DNA of 64,000 bases from Podarcis gaigeae (lineage: Eukaryota): NCBI GenBank assembly GCA_964106915.2, contig OZ066914.1; one strand, written 5' to 3'. How positions within the stretch are numbered: the first letter of the stretch is position 1; every line of letters starts with the position of its first letter. A program made the position numbers and the translations under genes. A model generated the notes under the pieces. It was not told where the DNA came from and did not search any database. It saw nothing but the letters and a program-made list of their open reading frames with translations. Positions 13,601-26,567 of the stretch are shown here, in pieces.

Positions 13601-16351
13601 TTCAGGCTCTGGACTGTTTCTGTGAAGCAGCCTCAGAAGTTGGAAAAGAGGAGTTTTTGGATAGACTAATTAGATCGGAGGATGTTGAAATGGCTTCAAC
13701 CCCACGGCTACAGTACTATGACAAGGTATTTTTGTTTCCAATCTTTTAACCTTTCTTGTAGAAGGTGTGGCATAACATGTACTTAACATTTTCACAAATA
13801 GTTCAGGTAAAAAATTCTTGGCTGAATATTCCCCTCCCTAGGTTCTGCGTCTTCTGGATACCATGGGTCTACCTGAACTGATCATTCAGTTGGCTACCTT
13901 AGCAATCACAGAAGCAGCTGATGATTGGAGAAGCCAAGTAAGGAATTAAGTTTTGCTGTTATGGGATGCGTGCCCTTCTCATCCAGCATTTGTTTGTGCC
14001 ACCACACAAATTTTCCAGCTGGTTATAGATGGCTTAACTGCCGTATTTGTATTGTAGGCTACCCTGAGGACATGCATTTTCAAACACCATTTGGATTTAG
14101 GACATAACAGTCAAGCATATGAAGCCATGACCCATAACCCAGATTCTAGCAGGTAATACTTCATATATTTTAGGCATTGATATACCTTATTTTTATGAAT
14201 CAAGTGCCAACTACAGGTGGTTGGGGTTGTTTTTGTTTTGTTTTTGGCTCTTTAAAAAACCCTGAAAATATTGCATAGGTTCTAAAGAGCTGTGTTTTTC
14301 TAATTTAAGACATTTATATACTGTTCAAATGTGTACACTGCTTTAAAATGTGAAAAACCAGTCCACAGAATTCACAGTCCATGATAGCAAAGAGTTACCT
14401 CTTTCTTTCTCCCTTCTAGGCAGCTGGATTGTTTACGGCAGTTGGTGGTAGTTCTCTGTGAACGCTCCCAGCTCCAGGATCTTGTGGAGTTCCCCTATGT
14501 GAATCTCCACAATGAGGTAAATGGTCTGCTTTTGTTAGCAGTAAGGTAGTGGTATAAGGAAATCTTCAGCTATGTCTAACTGTTGTTTGTATTATAGGTT
14601 GTGGGAATAATTGAATACCGTGCTCGGGCAGTAGATCTGATGACACATAATTACTATGAGCTGCTATATGCTTTCCACGTTTATCGCCATAATTACCGGA
14701 AAGGTATGACAGATTATATAAAAGAGAAAATTGCCCCACCTGTTAAAATGTCAATTCTTGTGGCATTGAATCAGATGATGATTTGTTTCCCATTAATGAG
14801 CAGTCTGTGCATGTGGTGAAAGAGTGCAGCCATGATAGCTAATCTGTGCTAGAGCAGGGGTTGGCAACCTGAGGCCCATGGGCCACAAGCGGCCCACGGG
14901 GGTTGTTTAACTGGCCCACAAGCCGCCCCCGAACCGAGCTGCCTGCTCGGCAAGACCCCGTGCACTGCGCTAAACCAGTGTGGCGCGGGGACTCACTTCT
15001 GCGACGCTGGAAATTGTGTCTGCACATGCGCAGATACCAGAAATTGTGGGCACGCACACACAATCCGGCCCACAGTGAGATCTCCACTGGAGTGAACTGG
15101 CCCAGGCGAGGTAAACCTTGCAAACCCCTGTGCTAGAGGATTAGAAAAGCCAAGTCCTAAACCCCATGTTTCTGTGATAAACACTAATGAGAGGGCCATG
15201 AAGGGGGGAGTATTTGCAGGGGAGAATGGTATGTGAGAGGATGCTCAACACTTTTGCTGCCCACTAATTCTCTACTGCATATATGCTCCAGGTGTATGAT
15301 TGGAACTATATATTTACTGAATATGTTCTTAGTTGAATGGAAAAAGTATATAATAGAAAAGTGTCGGGTGTTTTTGAAAGCTGAACACCACGGTGTAGGC
15401 TATATACGCATCCACGCTAAACAGCAAAACCCAGATTACTTTGAGGGAAGGCAGGGCAGTTAAACTAATATAAAGCTGCTGTACCCTGACTTCATCCATT
15501 TATTTCCTCAATACTGACAACCTTTAAAATTAGGAATATCTCCTGTTTTAGTGTCCAGCTCTGAAGTTTTACAAATTTTAATTTCTCTTTTGGTTAGTTT
15601 TTCCTCCTCTCCACTAGATCATAGGTGATTTTCAAGTTGTTTCTACTTTAAGTTCCTACTACAGCCTGTTCTAACCTGAAGCTGTTATATTTCAGTTGGG
15701 GAAGAGGTGACTGTTGTATTGTCTTATTTCTTTCCTCAGCCGGAACAGTCATGTTTGAATATGGAATGCGCCTTGGCAGAGAAGTCCGTACCCGCTCTGG
15801 ACTGCAGAAGCAAGCAAACTGTTACCTTGCAGCTCTTAATTGTTTGCGGCTCATTCGCCCTGAATATGCATGGATAGTTCAGCCAGCTTCTGGTGCAGTG
15901 GTATGAAACATCCCCTTTTTCAAGATTTGATCTCACTTTGATTATTAGCAGTCTCTTTTTCATGAAGACCTTGGCTGCTGTTTGCAAGTATGTTTAAGAT
16001 GGCAGCAACCTCTGTCACACTGCCTGGTTCACAGATCACATTAAATCATGTTTAACTCTAGTTTGACACAGATTTGCAATGTCCTCATACAGAAGTACTC
16101 AGAAATTCCTGCTTTGCTTCTCCCACACTCCTAGTCATTGTGCCCTGGGAGCAACAAAGTGAAAACTTTGACTTGTCATGTCATCCAAACCCAGGCCCAT
16201 GATCTGATTCTCCCAAAACCAGCCTTTCTCAGCCTTTGATTCCCAGATGATGTTGAACTACAACTCCTATCATCTCTGACGAGCTAGCTAGGGATGTGAG
16301 TTGTGGACCCACAATTGAGAAAGGCGGCTCTAAACAAACCACAAGCAGTAG

Positions 16352-16395
<44 letters not shown>

Positions 16396-19300
16396 TTTCT
16401 TTGCTTTTTTGCTCCCACCCAGTCTGGTGGGGGAGGAGCGGTGGCGATTTTAAAGCGGTGTTCACTACAATGCAGCTTATTCACATTAAACAGTTATTAA
16501 ACATAAATTGGTTTAACATAATGTGCAAACACAGCCAGTATGTCTACTGCTAATTCTTGTGCTGGCGTCCCAATAACAAATAATTAGAAATAAAGTAGCT
16601 TGTCTTGTACAGTGGAACCTTGGAAGCCGAACGCCTGTAAACTCGAATGTTTGGCTCCCGAACAATCGAAAACCAGAAGTGATTGTTCTGGTTTTTGAAT
16701 GATTTTGGAAATTGAACGTCCGGCACGGCTTCTGCAGCTTCTGATTGGCTGCAGGACACTCCTGCACCCAATCAGAAGCCACGCCTTGGAAGTTGAACAT
16801 TCTGGAAGTTGAACAGACTTCCGGAACAAGAATTAGCAGTAGACATACTGGCTGTGTTTGCACATTATGTTAAACCAATTTAAGTTTAATAACTGTTTAA
16901 TGTGAATAAGCTGCATACATAGAATATAACCCTATGAATATTTATAATAGCTGTGTAACCACTTGTTCTTGTGCTGGAGTCCCAATAACAGCTATTATAA
17001 ATATTCATAGGGTTATATTCTATGTAGCATGCAACAAAATGTTCCATCAGCTCAAGGATTTCTCCTTGTGCAACTGAACTTAATCCCCCCATCGCCCTCC
17101 TCCACATGCCCCCTAGATCTGTTCTGAGGTTTCCCCAAACCTTCTAGAGCAGATATGGGGTCATGAAGAGAGGGGAATCACATTGCACTAGCACTAACCT
17201 TTGCACTAGCACAACTATTCTGCCCATAGTAATGTTCACTGAATAAAAATATGCAGAATAAGTAGATATGCAAGTTTGCTTCCTTTGCTTAATTGATTCC
17301 GGCTACAGAATTTGCCATTTTCTTGCAAGTCAAACTGAGGATGTCACTTTGCATGTTTCTGCACTGAAATCTTGGGAAACATAGACAGAATCCTGGTGGT
17401 GCTTAAACACTAGTGAAGATGTTGTTGTAGAGACTGAAGATTTGTATATCCAGTTGTTTAGAGTGCTTATCCTATCTCACACTAGTATGAACGTCCAGGA
17501 GCATCCCCCAAGAGAAGTCATGATGGAGAGTGTGCTGCTGCCCCAAGTGAGTCTTCTGCTGTTCCACTTTCTCAAATGCAGATAATTCCAAATGTCTACC
17601 CTTAAATTCCGATCAACCAGCTTAATTTTTCTGACTTACTCGCTTTCCAGCTTATGTTTGGGTAGTTTTGATTCATGTTTGCAGGGCATTTGCCTTTAGT
17701 CTTGTCCTTCCTGTCCTCCCATATCTCCCATACCCTCCCATATCTTGTCTACATATTTTTATCTGTGTTATGCTAGTTATCTGGGATGTCTCCTTGAGAT
17801 GTGAGAGTCAGGTGCACTGGTTTCTTACCCACATAGCTCAGTATTTTGAATTGATCGCAGTAACTGTGCAGTAGACAGTGTTGTCTGAGCTGTTGTTGGG
17901 GGCAGAATAGGTATGAGCTATGAAAATACAACCACTATTCTGGAGGGCCAAAAGGGCACAGGATTGGCAAGTTAAGAAGACTTCTGTATTTTCATTAGTG
18001 CTGAGGGGAACATTTTTCTCATCACTGCAGCACTACAGGAAGAAAGGATATGGGAACTTTACAGCCTATGATCTTAATGGCATTTCTTAACACAGGAAGG
18101 CAGGGAAACATATGATAGTCTTTTGGGTCAGCCATGTGACCCTAGATTCCTCCTTCAGTTCGTTCCCTGTTTTCACCCTGGACTTAACCTTTTTCTTCCA
18201 GCTCCCTTCAGCCTCCTCCGGATGTACAGTGGTGCCTCGCAAGACGAAAAGAATCCTTTCCGCGATTCTCTTCGTCTAGCGGTTTTTTCGTCTTGCGAAG
18301 CAAGCCCATTGACAGCTTAGCGGATTAGCGTTTTAGCGGCTTAGCGGATAAGCAGCTTAGCGGCTTAGAAAAAGGGGAGGGGGGAACCCCGCAGGAACTC
18401 GCAAGACATTTTCGTCTTGCGAAGCAAGCCCATAGGAAATTCGTTTTGCGAAGCACCTCCAAAACGGAAAACTCTTTCGTCTAGCGAGTTTTCCGTCTTG
18501 CGGGGCACCACTGTAACTCTTAACTTTGGATCTGTGTGCATTATTCTTCAATTTCACAGCTGCCATTGGTGTTAGTTTTGGAATGCCTTCAGCATCTGTC
18601 TTATACTTTCATCTAACATAATTAAAGGAAGAGCCTTGGGTCACATGGCTGGCCCAAAGGACTATCATATGTTTCATTGCCTACTAGGGTTATTGGTGGA
18701 TATAATCCAGCATATTTGATGTCTTGCCCTAGTTAGAACATTCATGGTAAGGGCCCAACATTCCTATTTATGATAATACCAAAGAAAATTCTGTTGTCCT
18801 TGTTCAAATAGGAAATCAGGATAAATATAAATATTAATTTGCAGATGACTTCAATACATCCAGCTAATCAGCTGCCCCCTTATAAAGTTAATGATTAGTG
18901 GGAAACCTTTTATGTGTAAAAAGTTGGGGTTGACTAAAAGAAAGCTAGTATAGTAGCTGTTCATCACTCAAGAGCAGAATTTTGCCTTTTTATTGCCTGG
19001 TTTAACTTTGAATTCTCAATAGTAGACTCTTGAAGTTGCCACATTGTAAATAAATGATTATTTTGGTACAGCGGGAAGCCGGATTGAAATCTTGGAGCTG
19101 CAGGATTTGGAAAAGGAATGTGTGCTGGCTCGCATACGGCTAACTTTAGCACAACATGATTCAACAACAACTGCTATTACAGGTAAGCTCAGGAATTACG
19201 TTCATACTACTTGGCTTAATAACTGTACAGAGGGTGAGCAATTTAATCTCTGTGTGGGAGATCAGTAACCCACAAGAAATGTATTTCCACATCCTCCTGT

Positions 19301-22300
19301 TGCTGTTTGTGAGATGTGGAATCCAATCTTAATTTGTGAAACACTCACTACCGTTACTATGCTGCTGCTACATTTGCAGCAAGAGGAGATTCTGCTAAAT
19401 AGTGTTCTGTGATCTCATATCCACAGTAGGCATGGTCTACTCAATTATGAGAGAGAGGGTGTGTGGCTTTGCATCTATAAGAACTGAATGCTGCAATTAC
19501 TCTGTATACAATCGTGGCAGATAGAGAGAGTTGTATTAAATAGAGCGCTAATGTTAAAGTTCCATAAGTGCCCCTTAATCTGTTCTGTGGGTTCACTCAG
19601 CACCCCAGAGCGGATTTGGGGGTGGCAGCACACACGTGGGGGAGGAGAAGGGGAAATCCCCTTGTACTTGTGCTAATCCTTGTGCTAGTACAAAAAGTTA
19701 TTTGAATATCGCCAACTTATATACATATGTGTGCGGTTGAGATGATGTAATTCTGTTATGTTATCTACCCAGGAAACTCATCCCCCAAGGAGCTGGTAAC
19801 CCTGTTGGTGCAGGCTGGTCGTTTTGACACTGCCATTTCTCTCTGCCAGACCTACAACTTTCCCTTAACACCTGTGTTTGAGGGACTTACTTTCAAGTAT
19901 GTAACATATTATTGGACTTAAGTACATAATGTGAGTAGTGAAATATCTGTTGATGTTTTGGAAAAAGTATATTCGGATTTGAAAGTACGTACTTTTTAAG
20001 TGTACTCTTGCTTTAAAACTATGTCTAAGCCCGAGTAATATGAGAATGTGATATGAAGTGGGAGTGATTATGGCAGCATTGAGTCTAGAGCATTTGATGT
20101 ATTCTTGCTCATAAGCTTACATTTTGCCTTGGCCAACTCTCATTTGAGAGTCTCAAATATCCTTGGAACAAATTGCTGGGTAATCAAGCCCTGAAACTAT
20201 CACCAATACACGTTTTCACTTTCACTTAAACTTCTGTGGTTGGTTTGTACAACCTCTCAATCATTTCCTGTTCTGTTGATGTTACCATTTTCATAGGTAC
20301 CAGTCTGATTTCAACTACCTTGGTAGCAACTAAACCAGTGACACTTGTGCTGGCGGCTAAAATTGTGGCAGGATGTTTTAAAGATGGGTGACAGTCACTG
20401 ATACAGTCCTGAATAAGCAAAGATGTTCCATGAATAGTAGAAGCATTCAGTAAGCTCACTGATCTCCTTATCAAGCACAGCCAGGTGCATATGTAGGGTT
20501 CTAGAGCACAGCCATTACTTCAGCATCTGTAACTGAAGCAAAGAGCAATTGTATGATGGAATGTTTGGAAAAGTTCAATTTCCTGCTCAGGTGAACTTGA
20601 TTGTTTCTCAGCCAGAGAATCTAATAAAGTTGTTAGAACAAAGCAGGGATAACTCCATATGGGGTGGGTGGGAAGAATTCAACCAGTTTTTTAAAAAAAT
20701 AAATAAAAAGGGTTAGAATTACTATTGTACATACAGTATCTGAGTGTACCTGGTTATTTGTATTCCAGATGTATTAAACTCCAGTTTGGAGGGGAAACAG
20801 CATTAACAGAAGCATGGGATTGGCTAGCTGCAAATCAGTTGTCATCAGTCATCACAACCAAGGAGACCAGGTACTGTGATATATTTTGCAGGAAAAGAAA
20901 GCAAGTACTTTGTGGTCCAAGAAATCTGCATGGAAATAAATATTTCTTGCTAATAAAATACCAGAAATTGCACTTCAGGATTGTGGTTGTCCTGCTTCAT
21001 TTAGTCCTCAACAAACCATCTTGAGGCAGCAGTCGTAAAGTGTTCATTCATGCTTTCTTTTTTGCTTTGTATATTTTGAAGGATGGTTTAAGTGCAAATG
21101 TTAAGGACATCCTGTAGTGGCTCTTGTACTTCAGATAAAACCACATGGCAACACTTTCTAGGGGTCCACAAACTTTGGCTTAACTGAATTAAGAACAGAA
21201 GAAAACAAGTTCACATATAAAAAGTTGAGCAAGAGATTGTGGAAAGGGGATGTGTAGACTCCCCTGTGAACCATCAAAAGATTCAGGAATGGAGATTTTC
21301 ACTGGTAGCCAGAAACATGCATGTATCCATCCATCTGTTAATGGTATTCCAATTGTGTTGCAGTGCAACAGATGAAGCATGGCGTCTTTTGTCCTCCTAC
21401 CTGGACAGATATAAGTCTCAGAACTGTTCATACCATCGCTGTGTAATCAACAAGTTGCTGTCTCATGGAGTGCCCTTGCCTAACTGGCTTATCAACAGTT
21501 ACAAAGTAAATACCTGATCTGTGCACAATTAAGCTGGTGTTCAGTGGAGGATAAATGTACAATGCTGGCTCATTACTTCCCTGTTGACTGCTTTAAAAGT
21601 GTGATAAATGAGTTTCAGTGACACTTGTTTGTAGCTTGAGTAATTGTCAAATAATAGTAATTCAGGAGCTAAAATCTGCACTGTGGTGAGTAAATTGCAT
21701 GTTCTTAATGTTGTAAATGGACGCGGGTGGAGCTGTGGTCTAAACCACTGAGCCTGGGCTTGCCGATCAGAACGTTGGCGGTTCAAACCCCGCGACAGGG
21801 TGAGCTCCTGTTGCTAAGCCCCAGCTCCTGCCAACCTAGCAGTTCAAAAGCACACCAAAAAGTGCAAGTAGATAAATAGGTACCGCTCCAGCGGGAAGAT
21901 AAACAGCATTTCCGTGCTCTGGCTCTGGTTTTGGTGTTCCGTTGCGCCAGAAGTGGCTTAGTCATGCTGGCCACATGACCTGGAAAAACTCTGCAGACAA
22001 ATGCTGGCTCCCTTGGCCTGTAAAGCGAGATGAGCGCTGCAACCCTAGAGTCGTCTGCGACTGGACTTAACTGTCAGGGGTCCTTTATCTTTACTTTTTT
22101 AATGTTGTAAATGAAATGGGAACTTTGATGTTACAACTTGTGACTTTTGCATTTTACCTTATTTTTATTTTATAGCATTGTACACTGCTTTGATGCCCAC
22201 AGGCTGTGAAGTAGTTTATGAATTTGTATAATAACATAAATATCAACCAAACATTTCAGATGATAACAAAAGCCTCTGAGAGATCTGGCAGAATCAACAG

Positions 22301-24337
22301 CAACACACCCTGTCTGGTGTAGGTCATCCACCATGGTACCCAAAGTCATTTCAACCCCAGTAAACAATTTGGATTTTTCATTTTAAGCCTTTGTTAAATA
22401 AAGGAAATAATTTGCAAATGTTTAAGGGGGTAGAAATTGGAAGCAACACAGGGATCTGAAAGACAGGGAAGCAAGCTAGCCATGGCCTTGAGTGCAAGAA
22501 ATAAAAGAGTTGGGCTTCACCAGAACAAATCAGTCCAGAATTTTACAAGAGTCTCTGCAATGGGTTATTTTTCAGGATGCTTTGTGTGTCTTGTGTTGGG
22601 TTCTTATAAATCTCACCAGTAATGAGGGCTATCCACTAAGCTTCTTAAATATAAAAAGACTTTCCAGTAAGTGTCTGCTCAGTTTCATTTGTTTCTCTAC
22701 AGATGGTAGATGCTGCTGAACTTCTCCGCCTCTATTTGAATTATGACCTCTTGGAAGAAGCTGTGGATTTGGTGCTGGAATATGTGGATGCCTTACTTGG
22801 GAAAGGACCTCATTACTTTGGCATTGAGGTACAATTGGGTACTCAGTTCATTCCACCATATATAGTTTTTACAAATGAGAAAAAGTGATGGAATGCACCT
22901 AGCTTGAAGAATTATGGAAAAACTAAGAAAAAAAACAGGTTCACAGACAAGGAGTACTCCTGGATGACCATGTTGCAGCCTAGAGACCTGGCCAAAGTGA
23001 CTCATGCCCTAGTTACTCCAGACTGGAGTACCACTGTATGCTGTATCCAGCTTCCCCACCTCTCCCATGTACAATGGTTTACATTCTTTGCACTTGGGAT
23101 GTTTCTCATTCAGCTAATGTCTCATTCAGCTATATTAAAGGTTTTATTTTCTTTTTAGTTCCCATTATCAGCTACAACTCCAATGGTTTGGCTTCCATAT
23201 TCTGCAATTGACCAGCTTCTTCAAGTGCTAGGAGAAAATGCAACCAATCACCATAACACAGTGGTAAGTATGTCTGAAGGAAAATAGAAATCAATGTGTC
23301 CAGTGCTGTGGATTGTCATATCTTACTGTATCACTTTGAATGTATGTAACCTGGTGATGTGCACAAGGTGCTTTCAGCTCTGTGCTTGACCATATGCCTT
23401 TTGATCCTTGGCTTATTAAATATAACCTAGGGGGGTTGGGCTGACAGATTAGGTCCAGGGTGTGACTTCATGGTGTAATGGATGGTCCCTGCCATCATGA
23501 AAATGCTGTGGTGTGGATACTTCTCAAGAAACCAGGCCTGGACCCATTGCTTTGACTAGCTACCAAGCAGCTGCAAATGCACTCTTCTTAGAAAACGTGG
23601 TGGATAAGGTTAAAGTGGGGCAACTACAAGCTTTCTTGATACTGAATGTGTTTGATATTAATATATAGGATATGATTACAAATATTGTGCTTTGGTCAAG
23701 AGGCATATGAAGATTATTGTTGAACCAGAATGTGGTAAAATGTTTTCATATATAAATCAATTATATCTGTCTCCATGCCGTTTTGATTATTGATTATTAC
23801 AACAGTTTGTACACTCAGTCTCCTGAAAAAGGTATAAGAACCAGCATAGAGAAATGTCTATCCTCCAGCAAATTAAGTTTCACTTGGGAAAATGCAAAAT
23901 ACTATAATAAAACTTACCTGCCGCAGGTCCTCCCCCCCCCCCCCCAGTTTCATGACTAAGGGAGTTTATAAAGCTTATGTGTATATCATGAGCTGGACCT
24001 CAGTTCCATCTGCTGCCCTAATGCTTTCTGAAGGGAAGAGGTTGAAACCTGAACTCTGTAATCAACTCAGGAAATACTGCAGGAATCTTTCGCATTTTCT
24101 GTTGAAATTAAATTGTTATCAACTCTTTGGGAGTCAGTACAGGCTGCAAAATTTGGTATAAGGCAATAAAGGGCAGTTGTATCTCTTGTATCCTCAATCC
24201 CTCAACTATACCTATTAACAGAAAATGATTGTACTTCTGTTCCTTTCCAGCTATATCAGAAGGTGCATGACAAATTAGAGGTCTACCAAAACCAGGTTGA
24301 TAAGGCAACTCGGGATCTTCTGTATCGTCGGAACTAG
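131..24337 (+). CDS. NUP160: Nucleoporin NUP160 (Y-complex), 5'-partial; 32 coding exons
   Basis: Hand-spliced exons with consistent phases: 131-215, 1282-1396, 1707-1865, 2774-2851, 3239-3336, 4253-4337, 5063-5131, 5429-5512, 5867-6037, 6519-6618, 7457-7622, 8395-8522, 8634-8794, 9448-9578, 9752-9822, 10438-10594, 11989-12058, 12906-13004, 13606-13725, 13842-13937, 14058-14152, 14420-14516, 14598-14703, 15740-15900, 17486-17546, 19072-19182, 19773-19896, 20769-20870, 21364-21505, 22703-22828, 23159-23263, 24251-24337 (TAG). Peptides recognisable as NUP160: VELKQSSVMQRLLTGWMPTAIRG, QDHKLRMWSYK, RARAVDLMTHNYYELLYAFH, HGVPLPNWLINSYK, VDKATRDLLYRRN*. Confidence 0.97.
216..1281 (+). other. NUP160: GC-AG intron of NUP160
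   Basis: Reading frame requires ATC AG|GCTAGT ... TTTTCCAG|A GGA GAC (I-R-G-D); no GT is available at the conserved junction. Confidence 0.8.
4606..4663. repeat. Compound (TC)n(TG)n microsatellite
   Basis: Direct reading. Confidence 0.95.
7360..7419. repeat. (TA)n/(CA)n microsatellite
   Basis: Direct reading. Confidence 0.85.
7704..7726. repeat. (GA)n microsatellite
   Basis: Direct reading. Confidence 0.9.
11145..11330. mobile_element. hAT-Charlie-type MITE inside the U12 intron
   Basis: TIRs CAGGGGTAGTCAACC / GGTTGACAACCCCTG; perfect 8-bp TSD ATCTAGAG (11137-11144, 11331-11338). Confidence 0.9.
11800..11930 (+). mobile_element. CR1 LINE ORF2 3' fragment
   Basis: AAGGGACAACCAAAATGATCAAGGGG...AGAAGAGAAAAGGCG...GATATGATAGAAGT resembles the CR1 ORF2 C-terminus. 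Confidence 0.6.
14855..15130. mobile_element. hAT-Charlie-type MITE
   Basis: TIRs CAGGGGTTGGCAA / TTGCAAACCCCTG; 8-bp TSD TGCTAGAG; CpG-rich, so probably young. Confidence 0.9.
16220..16328. mobile_element. Degenerate short hAT (URR1-like) MITE
   Basis: CAGCCTTTCTCA ... TGAGAAAGGCGG termini with internal GAACTACAACTCC motif. Confidence 0.55.
16357..16388. repeat. (TA)n microsatellite
   Basis: Direct reading. Confidence 0.9.
16470..16916. repeat. 91-bp inverted repeat (16470-16560 / 16826-16916), one mismatch
   Basis: ATGCAGCTTATTCACATTAAAC...CTAATTCTTGT is the reverse complement of ACAAGAATTAG...GTGAATAAGCTGCAT. Confidence 0.95.
16610..16825 (+). mobile_element. Truncated Tc1/mariner (pogo/Tigger-like) MITE lacking its right TIR
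   Basis: TA|CAGTGGAACCTTGG left end; body resembles the intact copy at 51597-51838 and stops at TTGAACAGACTTCCGGAA. Confidence 0.75.
16916..17026. repeat. Perfect 39-bp inverted repeat (16916-16954 / 16988-17026)
   Basis: TACATAGAATATAACCCTATGAATATTTATAATAGCTGT and its exact reverse complement. Confidence 0.95.
18227..18513. mobile_element. Tc1/mariner (pogo/Tigger-like) MITE
   Basis: TA TSD; TIRs CAGTGGTGCCTCGCAAGACG / CGTCTTGCGGGGCACCACTG; internal TTAGCGG repeats. Confidence 0.92.
21720..22098 (+). mobile_element. Full-length Sauria SINE
   Basis: tRNA-like head GGACGCGGGTGGAGCTGTGG with B-box GGTTCAAACCC, core AAGTGCAAGTAGATAAATAGGTACC, tail CAGGGGTCCTTTATCTTTAC; 15-bp TSD TTAATGTTGTAAATG. 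Confidence 0.92.
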
Positions 24338-24784
24338 CAGATGGACCTGGATTGTGTGACTTTACTTAATCACCTTGTGCCTGGTGGCCCTTCAGACAAA
24401 GCTACAAAGAAAGACTGTGCTAATGTGCATAACTGGCATGAAGTATGTGTGAAGCATTTGCTTTGCATGGATTGGCTGGAGTCATAGGGAACCCTGTGCG
24501 CTGCTGGTGGTGCTATTATTACAAATTCTATTTTTTCACAATGAACCAAACATTCCCTACCAGGGAATGATAGACTTTTTAAAATAAGTATGTTGGGGAC
24601 GCTGAATTAAATTTAAGCTTTTAAGCCTGTGCCGAACTGGGTGCTAAATCATTTCCAGCAATGAAAAACCCTTGTTGTACATTGCATGTTCCTACCATCT
24701 TTCTACTGAATTATTCCTTATACTGTACTATATATGGGAGCTAATGTTGGTCTTATTTATTGTGACAGTTTTTGAATTATCTTT

Positions 24785-24790
24785 AATAAA
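24785..24790 (+). terminator. NUP160 polyadenylation signal AATAAA
   Basis: AATAAA about 450 nt after the stop codon, preceded by TGTA motifs and followed by U-rich sequence. Confidence 0.65.
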
Positions 24791-25654
24791 ATGAAAACTT
24801 TGTTTAAAAATCCAGAGTCGTTTTTCACAAAAGCTTATTGCAGTGCATCTTTCCAAAGGGAAAGATGTATTTTGAAGGAGACAAATAAAAAGTGTGATCT
24901 GATCTTTCCATTGAAGGAGGAAATGGGAACAGATAATGATCAGTTATTTACTAGTTCTCATTGGTAGTTTCTATTCCAGACTGTACTGACAATTTTGTTC
25001 CAGTGGAAAATTTACTGAAGTAATGTCAATGCTTCATACTTGTGCAATATTTCTTTTGCAACTTTGAGTGTAAATGATATCATCAACAACACAAAAACTA
25101 GGTGCTAGCATTATCTGAGTCTCAAATGTTAAGATGTCATTTTGTTGATGGTTGGTATGGGTTATGACCACATTCTCTCAAGTGACATTGAGGCCAGTGT
25201 CCTGATCTGCAGGCCCAAAGGAGTGCCTGTGCGAGTGGCTTGATGAAGAGATACCAAAGGAGGATGTAAAAAATGTGAAAATGGCCACTTCCAGTGCTTT
25301 ATTAAAGAAAAGTGATCTTGCATCACAGCCAGCAGAGCCCTGCTGCTTTTACAGACTGAATGGACACCAAGCAGTTGTCATGACTTGTTTGCAAAGCACT
25401 AATATGTTAAGAATTACATATACACATACTTTTGGGAGAGGCGAACCATTGCTGGAACTCCCTTGTCAATATGCTTGTCCAGCTCAGAAAGCAGTTAGAC
25501 TCCTGCGCAACTGAGATAGTGTTTGAGCATAGATGTGGGCCTAGTTTTCTAGCTGGTTTCTTACCAGTAAAAACTAGACTGGAATACAAAGTGTATAAGA
25601 TGAAGAACTGTTTTCAGACCAAGGGCTACATTACCCTGGGGCAAAGCTGTAGAG

Positions 25655-25750
25655 CAGGGGTGGATTACCTGTGCTCAGCTACACCTCCCATCAGCCCTAG
25701 CCAGTATACCACTTCCGCAACATCTGGAGGGCACAATGTTAACCACCCTG
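25655..25750. mobile_element. Short degenerate hAT MITE
   Basis: CAGGGGTGGATTAC / GTTAACCACCCTG ends; TSD-like CTGTAGAG / CTATAGAA. Confidence 0.6.
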
Positions 25751-26567
25751 CTATAGAATGCCATGCTGCAGTAGTGGGCGAGGCTTGACACAATAATACA
25801 TCCTTATCACAGAGCTTTTTTCCATGGAAATAAAATATGTGTATTTAGGTCAGTCACTCGGAAGTATCACCTTCCATTTTCTCCAAACGCTTTTTTAAAA
25901 AGTTTGCTACTTAAATAAAGTTTTCCCTTCCTTTATCTGTTCTGTTAATTGTATAGCAATCCCAGCAAAATAATGCATATGTCAATGCATAGTCTCAAAC
26001 ATCTAAATGCAATTGTATTTTAACCTGAAAAGTAGCTAATTTTTACAAATGCAAACAGACAATGGCAATGTTGCTGAGCGCTGTAGAGGCTTAAGAGAGT
26101 TGGGCTGTGTTGCCTAGGTTCAACCCTCACCTCTCTCAAAAAAACCATGAGGCTCATTGGGTGACCTGGGGCAGTCACTACTTCAATGAGAGGACAAAAT
26201 GAGAGTGGTGGCATCCTCTATTCCTTCCTATGCTACTTGGAGAAAAGGAAGTATATAAATCAGAGCGGGAAGGAACCTGTAGGCATCCAAACGTTGGGTT
26301 CCTCCTCCCATCAGTCTCACCCTGTGTAAGTGACAGCCCCAGTAATAATAGCCCAACATCTCCAGGTCCCATCACTGACACGTATATATATTTTAAAGGG
26401 GTGATTCTTGTCCTGTTTTGAATCGCCATTGCCCATACCGTCTTCTTGTGCACTCAATTTCGCTCAAGCTTGCATGTGATGAACCCTGAAAATGAAGTTC
26501 TAACACTTTTTGACTGTTAAGCAATGTCCGGGGCTGTAATTGTGGCCCTTCGCTAAGTCACATTATG

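Noticed and set aside
18320-18368. Short TTAGCGG repeats resembling telomeric or CRISPR-like arrays
   Set aside because: Internal repeats of the Tc1/mariner MITE; eukaryotic context with no spacers.
24335-24488. Possible stop-codon readthrough of NUP160 (TAG CAG, about 50 open codons downstream)
   Set aside because: Context matches neither UGA-CUAG nor UAG-CARYYA, and the extension has no recognisable features.
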